Below, in pieces: positions 54,667 through 63,614 of a stretch of 64,000 nt of DNA (position 1 is the stretch's first letter; every line of letters starts with the position of its first letter). The notes below the pieces were generated by a model. That model was not told where the DNA came from. It was given only the letters and a program-made list of their open reading frames with translations, and did no database searches. The DNA is taken from contig OY760134.1 of NCBI GenBank assembly GCA_963663145.1, forward strand, positions 256,416 through 320,415. The letters run 5' to 3'. The stretch comes from Pseudomonadales bacterium. GTDB lineage: Bacteria; Pseudomonadota; Gammaproteobacteria; Pseudomonadales; Azotimanducaceae. Made by a program: the position numbers and the translations under genes.

Positions 54667-54780
54667 GGAATGCCTTGGGGCGCCCCCGAAGCGATGTGGG
54701 TCTCCAATTTAACCGCAGTCGCTTCGGAGGCGCCCCAAGGCATTCCACCCGACGCGCCGAACTTACCGGCACTCGTCGGG
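54667..54780 (-). ncRNA. Two long hairpins in the 5' leader of the IS110-family recombinase remnant (candidate structured RNA, possibly bridge-RNA-like)
   Basis: Hairpin 1 pairs 54667-54684 with 54729-54746 (18 bp, perfect) and 54686-54694 with 54719-54727 (9 bp, perfect), with a 24-nt loop. Hairpin 2 pairs CCCGACG (54748-54754) with CGTCGGG (54774-54780), with a 19-nt loop. Only the structure is seen and transcription is not shown. Confidence 0.4.
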
Positions 54781-54935
54781 GGACAGGGTCAATACATAAT
54801 GTCTAGCCGTTCCCATGTTCCCAGCAGACAGCTTTCGTAGCTGGTCAGACCCTGGAAGTTGACGGTGGAGCACACATCTAAGCCCGACATTGGCGTTTCC
54901 GGATCTGTACGAACGCAAGGAATTGCGCATACGAG

Positions 54936-54965
54936 TTGCATTTGCGAATCATTCGCATTTACAAT
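54936..54965 (+). promoter_or_regulatory. Sigma70-like promoter TTGCAT-18 nt-TACAAT with a Fur-box-like palindrome in the spacer
   Basis: TGCGAATCATTCGCA (54943-54957) is a 15-bp palindrome apart from the centre base and contains the AATCATT core of the Fur consensus. It lies 38-67 nt upstream of the TonB-dependent receptor ATG, which has SD GGAG upstream. Confidence 0.45.
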
Positions 54966-55002
54966 TCACTCGAATTTCCCTACGAATTGAATCGGAGACA
55001 AA

Positions 55003-57141
55003 ATGAGCGCAACAATTCGCCTCGGTCTTTACTTGCTGCTGGTCCTCTCCCTGACGCCGGCCGCTGCGCAATCATCTTCAGACCAATCATCGGCACAAGG
55101 CGATAAGGCTCAAATTGAAGAAGAGATCATAGTCTTCGGAGAATATCTGTATGAAGATCAGGTCAATGCGCTCAAAACACCGACACCCATCCTTGATGTG
55201 CCTCAAAGCCTCTCAATTGTCACGGCCGACGATATTAGGTTGCAAGGGTTCACGAGCATTGGTGACATTATCGACTACACACCCGGCGTAAATACATCCC
55301 AAGGCGAAGGTCACCGTGACTCTGTTGTGTTTCGGGGTGTGCGCTCGACAGCTGATTTCTTTATCGATGGCGTTCGCGATGACGTTCAGTATTACCGTCC
55401 ACTCTATAACCTCAAGCAAGTGGAAATCCTGCGCGGCCCAAACGCGCTCCTTTTCGGACGTGGCGGCACAGGCGGCATTCTAAGCCGTGTCACGAAGAAA
55501 GGCATAATCGGTGAGAACTTGACAGCATACAAAGTGAGTGCCAATTCATATGGAGAACTGGATATTCACGCCGATGCCAATGTTGCGGTGAGTGAAATGT
55601 CGGCTTTTCGCATCAATGCATTTTACGAAAACCTGGACAATCACCGCGACTTTTATGATGGCGATCGTTTTGGGATCAACCCAGCGGCCAAATTCGAACT
55701 AGGCGAAGCCACAATGCTTGATATGTCCTATGAATATGTGGACCACGAGCGTTTTGTTGATCGTGGAATTCCAACAGGATCAAATGGGAAGCCGGTTGAG
55801 GACTTCAAAGACATCGTTTTCGGTGATCCGGATCGCAATTACCACGAGATGGAAGCCCATTTGCTGCGTGCCGCACTGCAACATGAATTTTCAGCAAGCC
55901 TGAAAGCTAATTTCAGTGCGTTTCTTGGCGATTATGACAAGCTGTACCAGAACTTCTACGCATCGAGCTATAAGCAGGCAACCACGCCAACCGAAGTCAC
56001 GCTTGATGGATATGTCGATGCAACCCAACGGAAAAACCTGATCTTGTCAGGAAACTTTATCGGCGAATTCAGTACAGGTGGCATCAATCACGCCCTTGTT
56101 GCCGGCGCCGAATTTATTGACACTTCATCGGATCAAAATCGCTTCAACGCGTTTTGGGACACAACATCGGATGACAATGAGATTTTCACGATTAATCGTC
56201 CATTGAATCTGCGTGGAGACATAGGCGTGAACGCGTCGGGCGCAACCACAACAAACGATTTCGCAGCCGACCTCAATGACGATACGAGAGTGGAGATTGA
56301 CGTGTTTTCTGCCTACATACAGGACGAGATCGAGCTTTCGGACAAATTACATGTGATCGTCGGTGCCAGATTCGACAGTTTTGACATTGAGGTCTTCAAC
56401 GTTCCTGCGAATGAAACTCGCAATCGAAAGGATGAGGAAGTCACGCCGCGACTTGGCGTGGTGTTCAAGCCTCAGGAAAACATCTCGCTGTACGGAAGCT
56501 ACAGTGAATCATTCTTGCCACGCAGTGGGGAGCAGTTCGCGAACATCAATGGCAACAAAAACCAGTTGGACCCAAACACCTTCACCAACCTTGAGGCGGG
56601 TATAAAGTGGGACTTCAGTCAGGGGCTGAGCCTGACCGCCGCCGTGTTCGAGATTGAGCAAAGATCACCGCAGGTTGCCGACAATGATCCATCCACGCTC
56701 GATGTCATTGACTCGATAATAGATGGTTTCGAGGTGCAACTGAAGGGTCGATTTACCAATAATTGGTTTGTATCAGCCGGGTATAGCCATCTCGATGGTG
56801 AGCAGGTCAATCGATCTGGTCCTACAGGCTTACGCCCACGTGAATTGCCTGAGAATATGTTCTCGTTCTGGAACAACTTTAAGTTGACCGAGAGCTTTGG
56901 TCTTGGCCTCGGCCTGAGCTATCAGGACGAAAGCTTCATTAACAACGGCAATACTGCGATTCTGCCGAGCTACACCCGCATCGATGTGGCGGCTTACTAT
57001 GACGTATCCGAAAAGCTCCGTATTCAGATCAACGTCGAGAACCTCACCGACGAGCTGTACTTCCCGAACTCACACAGCACGCATCAGGCGAGCGTGGGAG
57101 CGCCGCTCAATGCTCGTCTCACAATCAGTGGCCGATTATAG
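55003..57141 (+). CDS. TonB-dependent (catecholate-type) siderophore receptor
   Basis: It has a signal peptide and a plug domain (LSIVTADDIRLQGFTSIGDIIDYTPGV, VEILRGPNALLFGRGGTGG), followed by a beta-barrel. The gene is visibly lower in GC than its flanks. Confidence 0.9.
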   Translation: MSATIRLGLYLLLVLSLTPAAAQSSSDQSSAQGDKAQIEEEIIVFGEYLYEDQVNALKTPTPILDVPQSLSIVTADDIRLQGFTSIGDIIDYTPGVNTSQGEGHRDSVVFRGVRSTADFFIDGVRDDVQYYRPLYNLKQVEILRGPNALLFGRGGTGGILSRVTKKGIIGENLTAYKVSANSYGELDIHADANVAVSEMSAFRINAFYENLDNHRDFYDGDRFGINPAAKFELGEATMLDMSYEYVDHERFVDRGIPTGSNGKPVEDFKDIVFGDPDRNYHEMEAHLLRAALQHEFSASLKANFSAFLGDYDKLYQNFYASSYKQATTPTEVTLDGYVDATQRKNLILSGNFIGEFSTGGINHALVAGAEFIDTSSDQNRFNAFWDTTSDDNEIFTINRPLNLRGDIGVNASGATTTNDFAADLNDDTRVEIDVFSAYIQDEIELSDKLHVIVGARFDSFDIEVFNVPANETRNRKDEEVTPRLGVVFKPQENISLYGSYSESFLPRSGEQFANINGNKNQLDPNTFTNLEAGIKWDFSQGLSLTAAVFEIEQRSPQVADNDPSTLDVIDSIIDGFEVQLKGRFTNNWFVSAGYSHLDGEQVNRSGPTGLRPRELPENMFSFWNNFKLTESFGLGLGLSYQDESFINNGNTAILPSYTRIDVAAYYDVSEKLRIQINVENLTDELYFPNSHSTHQASVGAPLNARLTISGRL

Positions 57142-57678
57142 GGGCGCTACCAGCAAATGGCTTGAATGCCCAGATTCCCTGATAAGAAAAAGAGCAGTAG
57201 GGAGGTTCGGGTGCACGCTGACGGGATGGTTTGGCAAAATATCAGTGTAATCTTAAGTCATCCTGTAGGTGCGCCTCACGAAGAGAATGATGGAGCCGAA
57301 TCCGGTGAAAGTCGAGACGGAGTGTACGGACGCGATGCTGAACGGGAAGGGCGGCTGGTCGGTGCTGGCGAGGCGGCTCAGGGGGCGGAAGGTGCGCCTG
57401 CGATGCGATCTGGCGCATGCGTTTGCGAAGCGGGTGGCGCCGACGGTGGTGGAACTGGAATTGCCAACGCGGGGGTGCGTGCCGGTGTTCGTAGACGGGA
57501 CGGAGCATTGAGGTGGAAGGAGATCTGTTCGCGGGCGTGCGGAAGCTGTGCGACGGGAGCTGCGGGTGCTGGCTGCAGGGGGTGTTGTCGGGTGCCTGTG
57601 GGTGACGGGCCGACTGTGTCCGAGCGGCTGTCCCGGCGCGCGTGAAGACAATCGGGGTTGGGGATGGTGCCCCGCGGT

Positions 57679-57791
57679 GCGCGGAACACCCGGATCCGGG
57701 GCTTCGCACGGTCAAAAATCTGGCCAAGACAAAATTCTCGGCGCTGCGGACATTTCAACCTAATTCTTCGTCACTCGTGAAATATCCGAGC
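57679..57791. repeat. ~115-bp direct repeat, copy B (abuts the prpE stop codon)
   Basis: See copy A. On the prpE-sense strand it contains an 11-bp hairpin (CGGAUAUUUCA / UGAAAUGUCCG, 20-nt loop) beginning 3 nt after the stop. It is therefore probably the native prpE 3' flank. Confidence 0.8.
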
Positions 57792-59692
57792 TACTGGTGA
57801 GCCTCGGCACCAGATGAGATTTCGGCAACGACCCCTTCATCCTCAATCGTCGGCGGCATGGTCCACTCATCGCCGTCGACAATTTTTCGCAGCAGGCTGC
57901 GCAGTATTTTCCCCGAACGAGTCTTGGGTAAGCGGGTCACCACAACCGCCCGCCGAAAATAGGCGAATGCACCGATTTCGGCTCGGACCTTGGCAACCAG
58001 TTCCGCCTCCAAGATCGAAGCGTCGATGTTCACACCATCTTTGAGCACCAGCACTCCGAGCGGAACCTGGCCGCGAGTCTCGTCGCGTGCGCCCACGACC
58101 GCACATTCAGCCACCGCCGGATGGTCGGCGATGACCTCTTCGAGTTCGCCGCTTGAGAGCCGATGACCGGCCACGTTCATCACGTCATCGTTGCGGCCCA
58201 TGATGAAGATATAGCCATCCTCATCTCGAAAGCCGCCATCGCCGGTCAGGTAATAGCCTGGGAATTGCGACCAATAGGACTCAAGGTAACGCGAGTGATC
58301 GCCCCACACCGAGAAGAGATTTCCCGGCGGCAGTGGTTCGGCGAGCACTATGTTCCCTTCCACACCGGCCCCAACCTCCTTGCCCTGATCGTCCACCACC
58401 CGAAGGTCGTAGCCGGGCACCGGCAAGCTCACCGAGCCGGGTTTCGCTGGAACCAGCCCGAGCCCTGCGGGATTGGCGCAAATCGACCAACCGGTTTCGG
58501 TCTGCCACCAATGGTCGATGACCGGCACATCGAGATGCTCGCTGAGCCAGTGGTAGGTGGGCGGGTCCAGCCGTTCGCCGGCGACAAACAGATTCGCGAG
58601 GCAGGAGATGTCGTAGCTCGCCAAGAGACTCGCCTCTGGGTCTTCCTTGCGCACGGCGCGAAAGGCTGTTGGAGCGACAAAGAAGGTGCGAACCGAATGC
58701 GATTCGATCACGCGCCAAATGGCACCGGCATCGGGGGTTCGTACCGGCTTACCCTCATAGAGAACGCTCGTACAGCCGCGAATGAGCGGGGCATAGGCGA
58801 TATACGAGTGACCCACGACCCAGCCCACATCGGACGCGGCCCAGAACACATCCCCGGCATGGGTATCGTAGATTGCCGACATGGTGTAGTTGAGGGCGAC
58901 CGAGTGACCGCCGGTATCCCGGAGCACGCCCTTTGGCCGCCCGGTGGTTCCCGAGGTATAGAGGATATAGAGCGGATCAGTCGCGTGGACTGGTACAAAG
59001 TCCGCCGCGGTCGTCTGCTGCATCATCGCATCCCAGTCCAGATCCCTGCCTGCCTGAAGCTCCGAGGGACACTGTTCGCGCTGTTTGATGATGCAGCGCG
59101 TCGGGGGATGACGGGCCAAGCGAAGCGCCTCTTCAATCATCGGCATGTAGGGGATGGCGGTCGCGAACTCGATGCCGCAAGAGGCCGCGAGCAGCACCTT
59201 GGGCTTTGCATCATCGATACGCACCGCAAGCTCAGGTGCCGCGAACCCGCCGAACACGACCGAGTGAATCGCACCGAGCCGTGCACAGGCCAGCATGCTG
59301 ACGATGGCCTCTGGAATCATCGGCATGTAAATGATGACCCGATCACCTTTTTGCACGCCTTGGTCGCGCAACATGCCCGCCGCGCGCGCAACAAGATCGC
59401 GCAATTCGGCAAAGCTCGCCCGCTGTATCTGACCAGTGACGGGAGAATCGTAAATGAGCGCCACCTGCTCGTGACGCCCTTCGTCGCAATGCCGGTCGAG
59501 TGCCAGCCAGCAGGTGTTGGTCAGTCCACCGGCGAACCAGCGATTGGTGCCGTTCTCGTCTCGGCTGAGGATTTCCGTCGGCGGCTCGAGCCAGGGAAGC
59601 TGCTCCGCTTGCGCCTTCCAGAAGGATGCCGGATCCTCAAGCGAGCGCTCAAATTCGCGCCGCCATCTGGGAGAGCCGAGCGAGGCGTTCAT
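57791..59692 (-). CDS. prpE: Propionate--CoA ligase (acyl-CoA synthetase, PrpE-like)
   Basis: The 633-aa protein is collinear with E. coli PrpE (FWKAQAE..RWFAGGLTN.., ILYTSGTTGRPKGV, DIGWVVGHSYI, WQTETGW, PKTRSGKILR). Confidence 0.8.
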   Translation of the reverse strand: MNASLGSPRWRREFERSLEDPASFWKAQAEQLPWLEPPTEILSRDENGTNRWFAGGLTNTCWLALDRHCDEGRHEQVALIYDSPVTGQIQRASFAELRDLVARAAGMLRDQGVQKGDRVIIYMPMIPEAIVSMLACARLGAIHSVVFGGFAAPELAVRIDDAKPKVLLAASCGIEFATAIPYMPMIEEALRLARHPPTRCIIKQREQCPSELQAGRDLDWDAMMQQTTAADFVPVHATDPLYILYTSGTTGRPKGVLRDTGGHSVALNYTMSAIYDTHAGDVFWAASDVGWVVGHSYIAYAPLIRGCTSVLYEGKPVRTPDAGAIWRVIESHSVRTFFVAPTAFRAVRKEDPEASLLASYDISCLANLFVAGERLDPPTYHWLSEHLDVPVIDHWWQTETGWSICANPAGLGLVPAKPGSVSLPVPGYDLRVVDDQGKEVGAGVEGNIVLAEPLPPGNLFSVWGDHSRYLESYWSQFPGYYLTGDGGFRDEDGYIFIMGRNDDVMNVAGHRLSSGELEEVIADHPAVAECAVVGARDETRGQVPLGVLVLKDGVNIDASILEAELVAKVRAEIGAFAYFRRAVVVTRLPKTRSGKILRSLLRKIVDGDEWTMPPTIEDEGVVAEISSGAEAHQ

Positions 59693-59694
59693 GC

Positions 59695-60855
59695 CTAGGC
59701 TTGGTTGACGCCAATCACCGAGGATTCGCGCAAGCCTTGGATGTCTTCATCGGAAAACCCAAAGTCGCGAAGTACATCAACGCTGTCTTCACCCGGCAAT
59801 CGGGCCGGATTGCGGATCTCCGCCTGGGTACGAGAAAAGCGCGGCGCCGGAGCGGGTTGCACCAATCCGTCGTGCATCTCAAAGGTGCTTCGGGCGAGAT
59901 TGTGAGGATGATTCGGCGCTTCGGTGATCGACAATACCGGCGCGAAACAGATGTCCGTGCCTTCCATGAGTTCGCACCATTCATCGCGGGTCTTTTGCTT
60001 GAAAATCTCAGCGAGCGCCTCGGTTTGTGAAGGCCAGCGATCTCTGTCCAATTGCACGCCGAATATTTCCGGGTCCAGTTCGGCGCACGCAAGGAGTTCC
60101 GCATAGAACTGGGGTTCGATCGAGCCTATGGACACGTACTTGCCGTCGCTGGTTTCATAGGTGTTATAGAAGTGCGCGCCCGAGTCTAGGAGATTGACGC
60201 CGCGCTCATCCTTCCACATGCTGCTCGCGGTCATGCTGTAGAACATCGCCATGAGCGCTGCGGTGCCGTCGATCATGGCGGCATCGATGACCTGACCCTG
60301 TCCCGAGCGAGCCGCTTCGAGCAGGCCGCAGACCATGCCGAAGGCCAGCAGCATGCCGCCGCCGCCGAAATCGCCAACGAGATTGAGCGGCGGTACCGGT
60401 CTGTCACCCGCAAAGCCAATAGCGTGCAGCGCGCCGGCAAGCGCGATGTAATTGATATCGTGTCCCGCTGCCTTGGCGATGGGCCCTTCTTGGCCCCAGC
60501 CGGTCATGCGCCCATAGACGAGCTTGGGGTTTTTCGCTTGGCAGTCATCGGGGCCAAGACCCAGGCGCTCGGTGACCCCGGGTCGAAAACCTTCAAACAG
60601 TCCATCCGCACTCTCGCAGAGCTTGAGCACCAACTCAACACCGTCGGCCTGCTTCAGATCGACTGCGAGTGAGCGCCTGTTGCGCGCCAGTATGTCCCCT
60701 TGGCGGCGCGGCGCGGAGGCAATTCGGTCGATGCGGATCACGTCCGCACCCATATCGGAGAGCATCATGCCGCAGAAGGGTCCCGGCCCTATGCCGGCAA
60801 GTTCAATGATCTTCAGTCCTGCAAGCGGTCCCATGCTCAGTTCCTGCTGTTTCAA
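59695..60855 (-). CDS. CaiB/BaiF family III CoA-transferase fold; alpha-methylacyl-CoA racemase-like
   Basis: [61 protein letters not shown] and [12 protein letters not shown] are collinear with M. tuberculosis MCR as I recall it. Confidence 0.8.
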   Translation of the reverse strand: MKQQELSMGPLAGLKIIELAGIGPGPFCGMMLSDMGADVIRIDRIASAPRRQGDILARNRRSLAVDLKQADGVELVLKLCESADGLFEGFRPGVTERLGLGPDDCQAKNPKLVYGRMTGWGQEGPIAKAAGHDINYIALAGALHAIGFAGDRPVPPLNLVGDFGGGGMLLAFGMVCGLLEAARSGQGQVIDAAMIDGTAALMAMFYSMTASSMWKDERGVNLLDSGAHFYNTYETSDGKYVSIGSIEPQFYAELLACAELDPEIFGVQLDRDRWPSQTEALAEIFKQKTRDEWCELMEGTDICFAPVLSITEAPNHPHNLARSTFEMHDGLVQPAPAPRFSRTQAEIRNPARLPGEDSVDVLRDFGFSDEDIQGLRESSVIGVNQA

Positions 60856-60886
60856 TCCTCACTATACCTGTGAGCTGTGTCTTGGG

Positions 60887-63325
60887 CTAAGACGAGCGAG
60901 TACCAAACCTGCGCGTGAGGGTCAATTGCCAATTGCGGGGAAGACGCGGTAGCACCACCACGTCGCCGAAGATGTGCGGAAAGTTGCCCTGAAAATAGCG
61001 TTCGTCCAGCGCGTTCTTGACGTTGAAGCGCAATTGCCACGGGCCTTGCTCATAAGATGCCGATGCATTGACCAAGGTATAGCCAGGCAATTCCACGCTG
61101 CGCGCCACTCCGGAATAGGCCTCGCTCACACGCGTGGCGACGAGGTTGAAGGTCAATCCCCAATCAAACGCATAGCTGATTCCAACCCCATAGACCGACT
61201 CGGGGATAGCGCCTCGATCTCGGAACCGACTGTCGCCAGCCGGCAGCACCGTTGCCACGGTGCCACCGTACTGATCTTGCGGAGCAAAGCCAGTCAATGA
61301 GGGTGGTGCGAAGATGTATCGACTGGTCAGCGGCCGACGCTCCACCTTGGCGTTTGTCGCGGTCAACATGACTCCCAAACGCTTGCCTAGGAGCGCACGC
61401 AGCTCAATTTCCGTACCTTCTCCATGCAAGGAGAGATTCTCTCCGGTCTGCTCGGAATACTGCTTGCGTTGTTGCCGGTAGTAGCTCAATTGTGCAAACA
61501 GGGCACCGCCGAGCCCTTCGTACTTGATGCCAAGCTCCTTGAGTTCGGAAGAATTAAGCGGATTGGTGCGCACGCTGTTGATGTCTATTTCACCGGACTG
61601 ACCACCGAGAATGACCGGCTGCCGGGCGTAGGTGATGTAAGGGCGAAAGGCACCCAGGGCGGCACCGAGACTGGCGTTAAACGCCACTTCACTTTGCCGA
61701 TTGCTGACCTTCACGCCCGGTTCTTCGAAGGCAAACGCGGTCGGCGCGTTCTCGCTGGTCACGTCGTAGAGGTCCCAGCGCCAGCCGAGCAAGGCCGAGA
61801 GCTTTCCATAGGAGATATTGACCAAGCTCGCAAGGGCGCTATCGAGCGCGTCCGTCTCGAGATTCCGGTTGAAGGGATCGGACCCCGGATCGGTCCATGA
61901 GGCGTGACGCACATCGAGCGGTGACGGTGGCTGAGTAATATCGCGCCGATCAAAGTACTCAAAGGCGAAATCTTGCCGCGCCTTGGTGTTGTAGTAGCGA
62001 ATGCTCGGTGAGAGGGTGAAGTCGATGCCCAGCGGACCGAGCCGCCGCTCCCTAAGACGAAATTCGATGCGCTCTTCAAGAAGTCTGGTTTCGTGTACCT
62101 GGGAGAAGCCGTAGCTGACCAAGATGTACCTGTCGGCATAGTCGATGAAGAGCTTTTGGTGTATCTCGAACCCGGTTTCAAATTCCGCGAACACATCGAA
62201 GTAGAAGGCGAAACTCTCCGCGCCTCCGTCATCGGTCGGGGAACATAGGCAATCATCCGTATCCACCTGCACGAATCGCACCGTGCTTGGGTCGAGGCGC
62301 AGCGCTTGCCTTTCTTGCTCGTTGTCGAAGAATCCGATGCCCGATCCGAAGGGCGTGAAGATGCTCAGCCGGTTGTTCGGACTGAAGGAGGTGATCTCGT
62401 CCTGACCTATGCCTCCATCGCCGTTGACATCGAGATTGACCAGCGGCGAGCCGGCCAGATAGGTGCCATTGTCGATCAGATCTTGGGTGAGTCGGTTCCA
62501 GCCAGCGTTCTCGGCACCGCTCCACTCTTGGTATTGGATGCCCGTTTCGATCCATACAGGCTCGGAGGCATCAATGACCAGGGTGCCCTGCAGCATCCGC
62601 TGTTCGTTGTTGGGAAGGTAGTTGTAGTAACTCTCTCGGTCTTCCCAGTAGCCAAACAGATGATAGCCCCCTGGGCTGCCAAAGACATCGATGGGACCAC
62701 CTGTTTCCGCCTCCACTTGGCGTCGATTCCAAGAGCCTGTTGTGAACGAGATAGAGCTTTGCGGAGACTCGATAAAGCGGTCATCTTCGGCTCTCGCGGT
62801 CTTGGGGACGAAGTTTAGGTAGCCGGCGATCGAACCCGGACCGTGAATGGGAGAGGCCGGGCCTCGGACGATGTCCACGCGGCTGGTCGCGCCGATCAAG
62901 GTGACCCAGCCGCCGGCATTCACCAACCGGCGAACCCCGCGAAAATATACGTCCCCGAGTGAACCGCGCAGGTCTGGGCTTGCGGCGACACCAAAGAATG
63001 AAGCTGTTTGCGTCCCCGCAGCCACCGATACAAAGTCGTTGGTGGATTCGACGCCATAGAGGTCCATGACTTTCTCGCTGACGCTCGCAAGAGACCGCGG
63101 CGTGTCCAAGATGGAACGGGACAGCCCAAACACAAGATCGTCCGGCTTGCTTGAGAGCAGGCCAAACACGTCATCAAAGTCGTCGGTATCGACGCGCCTC
63201 GCGCTCACCACGAGATTTTCTTCCGCGCCGCTCGCTTCGGCCGTAGAGTCCCCGTCCTGAGTCTCTTGTGCAAAGGTTTCCGCGCCTAGTAGAGCAAGGA
63301 CAATAGCAAGCAACAATCGATGCAT
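60887..63325 (-). CDS. TonB-dependent receptor
   Basis: ATG 63325 gives the signal peptide MHRLLLAIVLALLGAETFAQE. A plug domain (VDIVRGPASPIHGPGSIAGYLNF) is followed by a long beta-barrel ending in an aromatic-rich C-terminus (NWQLTLTRRF). Confidence 0.88.
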   Translation of the reverse strand: MHRLLLAIVLALLGAETFAQETQDGDSTAEASGAEENLVVSARRVDTDDFDDVFGLLSSKPDDLVFGLSRSILDTPRSLASVSEKVMDLYGVESTNDFVSVAAGTQTASFFGVAASPDLRGSLGDVYFRGVRRLVNAGGWVTLIGATSRVDIVRGPASPIHGPGSIAGYLNFVPKTARAEDDRFIESPQSSISFTTGSWNRRQVEAETGGPIDVFGSPGGYHLFGYWEDRESYYNYLPNNEQRMLQGTLVIDASEPVWIETGIQYQEWSGAENAGWNRLTQDLIDNGTYLAGSPLVNLDVNGDGGIGQDEITSFSPNNRLSIFTPFGSGIGFFDNEQERQALRLDPSTVRFVQVDTDDCLCSPTDDGGAESFAFYFDVFAEFETGFEIHQKLFIDYADRYILVSYGFSQVHETRLLEERIEFRLRERRLGPLGIDFTLSPSIRYYNTKARQDFAFEYFDRRDITQPPSPLDVRHASWTDPGSDPFNRNLETDALDSALASLVNISYGKLSALLGWRWDLYDVTSENAPTAFAFEEPGVKVSNRQSEVAFNASLGAALGAFRPYITYARQPVILGGQSGEIDINSVRTNPLNSSELKELGIKYEGLGGALFAQLSYYRQQRKQYSEQTGENLSLHGEGTEIELRALLGKRLGVMLTATNAKVERRPLTSRYIFAPPSLTGFAPQDQYGGTVATVLPAGDSRFRDRGAIPESVYGVGISYAFDWGLTFNLVATRVSEAYSGVARSVELPGYTLVNASASYEQGPWQLRFNVKNALDERYFQGNFPHIFGDVVVLPRLPRNWQLTLTRRFGTRSS

Positions 63326-63614
63326 CGGGCAATCAGGCGCTAACAAAACGCGCATTATGCCAGCGACACTCGCCCGAATAGCCCGCAAATTTCACCAGTG
63401 TCATCGGGCACGTCCCTGTGCCCGACCCTTCGGGCGGCTGCGCCGTGCATTCTTGCTCCTGCAAGAATGTGCGGAATTCTGGTTGAGAGATCTTGCCCCG
63501 GATTCGTGCTCGCGACGATAAGCGTAGATACCCCTACTGCTGAGGAAGCATGCAGAATCCGATGAAAAAAGAGGCCATACCGATTGTGTCGGCGGTTGTG
63601 CCGCCTGCTGCAAG

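Noticed and set aside
57268-57791. ORF-less or truncated group II intron
   Set aside because: Only a GTGCGCC 5' motif and one 12-mer reminiscent of domain I were seen. No 34-nt domain V hairpin, no bulged-A domain VI and no reverse-transcriptase ORF could be found by eye. It is kept only as a suggestion for an Rfam scan.
58163-59698. 511-aa plus-strand ORF covering the prpE locus
   Set aside because: It is antisense to the well-supported PrpE-like gene. No domain is recognisable and its composition is a His/Arg/Gly-rich shadow.
63326-63614. Riboswitch (cobalamin or TPP) in the leader of the second TonB-dependent receptor
   Set aside because: Two hairpins are present (63404-63425 and ~63448-63469). 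However, neither a B12 box nor the THI-box CTGAGA/ACCTGA elements could be identified.
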